DNA of 64,000 nt from Isurus oxyrinchus. Its lineage: Eukaryota. A program made the translations under genes and the position numbers. This document shows, in pieces, positions 62,760-64,000 of the stretch; the first letter of the stretch is position 1; every line of letters begins with the position of its first letter. The notes beneath the pieces were generated by a model that worked only from the letters and a program-made list of their open reading frames with translations, was not told the origin of the DNA and searched no databases. The stretch spans positions 1,674,001-1,738,000 of the forward strand of contig JANJGN010000100.1 in NCBI GenBank assembly GCA_026770705.1. Reading direction: 5' to 3'.

Positions 62760-64000
62760 CAATGTCGGGAAGTATAGACCAGTCAGCCTGACGTCGGTAG
62801 TGGAGAAAATTCTAGAGTCATTTGTAGAAGATTTAATAGCTGAGCACTTGGAAAATAGTGGCAGAATCGGCCAAAGTCAGCATGGTTTTACGAAAGGGAA
62901 ATCATGCTTGACAAATCTACTAGAATTTTTCGAGGATATAACCAGTAAAGTTGATGAGGGGAGCCAGTGGATGTGGTTTATTTGGACTGTCAGAAGATTT
63001 TCGACAAAGTCCCACATTAGAAATTAAAGCATGTGTGTTTGGGGGTAGTGTATTGAGATCGATAGAAAACTGGTTGACAGACAAGAAACAAAGAGTAGGA
63101 ATAAGTGGGTCTTTTTCAAATGGCAGGCAGTGACAAGTGGGGTATCGCAGGGATTGGTGCTGGGACCACAGCTATTCACAAGATATATTAATGATTTAGA
63201 TGAGGGAGCAAAATGTAATATCTCCAAATTTGCAGATGACACAAAGCTGGGTGGGAGGGTGAGCCGTAAGGAGCTTGCACAGATGCTTCAGTGTGATTTG
63301 GACAAGCTGAGTGAGTGGGCAAATGCATGGCAGATGCAGTATAATGTGGATAAATGTGAGGTTATCCACTTTAGTAGCAAAAGCAGGAAGGCAGATTATT
63401 ATCTGAATGGCTATAAATTGTGAGGGAGAAATGTGCAACGAGACCTGGGTGTCCTCGTACACCAGTCACTGAAGGTAAGCATGCAGGTGCAGCAGGCGGT
63501 TAAGAAGGCAAATGGTATGTTGGCCTTCATAGTGAGAGGATTCAAATACAAGAGCAGAGGTGTCTTGCTGAAATTATACAGGGCCTTGGTGAGACTACAC
63601 CTGGAATATTGTGTGCAGCTTTGATCTCCTTATCTGAGGAAGAATGTTCTTGCTATAGAGGGAGTGCAGCGAAGGTTTACTAGACTGATTCCTGGGATGG
63701 CAAGACTTGCATATGAGGAGCGATTGAGTAGGCTGGCATGATATTTGCTGGAGTTCAGAAGAATGAGGGGGCATCTCATAGAAACCTATAAAATTCTAAC
63801 AGTACTAGACAGGGTAGATGCAGGAAGGATGTTCCCGATGGTGAGGGAGTCCAGAACCAGGAGTCACAGACTGAGGATACGGGACAGACCATTTAAGACT
63901 GAGATGAGGAGAAATGTCTTCACCCAGAGAGTGGTGAGCCAATGGAATTCACTACCACAGGAAGTAGTTGAGGCAAAAACATTGTATGCTTTCAAGAAGA
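62760..64000 (+). mobile_element. CR1 LINE ORF2 (RT) fragment running off the window
   Basis: YRPVSLTSVVEKILE..QHGFTKGKSCLTNLLEFFE..SGVSQGLVLGPQLF..SKFADDTKLGG..LYRALVRLHLEYCVQ, with frameshifts. Confidence 0.93.

Overview
This is vertebrate genomic DNA, almost certainly from a cartilaginous fish (shark). 1-7.1 kb holds the 3' end of an IgM heavy-chain gene: CH4 plus secretory tailpiece (448-839), a ~3.8 kb CA-rich intron block with two N gaps, TM1 (6306-6433) and TM2 (6574-6582), each isoform with its own poly(A) signal. A degenerate minisatellite and a candidate CTCF site (~10.65 kb) separate it from a ~26 kb mosaic of segmentally duplicated tRNA modules (Ser, Glu, Lys, Asn, Val, Thr, Leu). 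Most of these tRNAs are CpG-decayed pseudogenes; the best preserved are Glu-CTC, Ser-CGA, Asn-GTT and an odd Val-GAC. The block also contains inverted repeats and a 128-bp identical tract. 36.5-64 kb is a C2H2 zinc-finger gene field. It has one 16-finger ORF (44809-46299) behind a CpG-rich promoter carrying NRF1/YY1/CRE/CCAAT motifs, several orphan promoter/leader cassettes, a minus-strand ZNF pseudogene, and a U4 snRNA copy that keeps DSE, PSE and 3'-box elements. CR1-, L2-, Penelope- and HE1-type retroelement fragments and minisatellites are interspersed. No clearly novel enzymatic system is evident. The most interesting signals are architectural or regulatory. All calls were made by eye without alignment or database tools.
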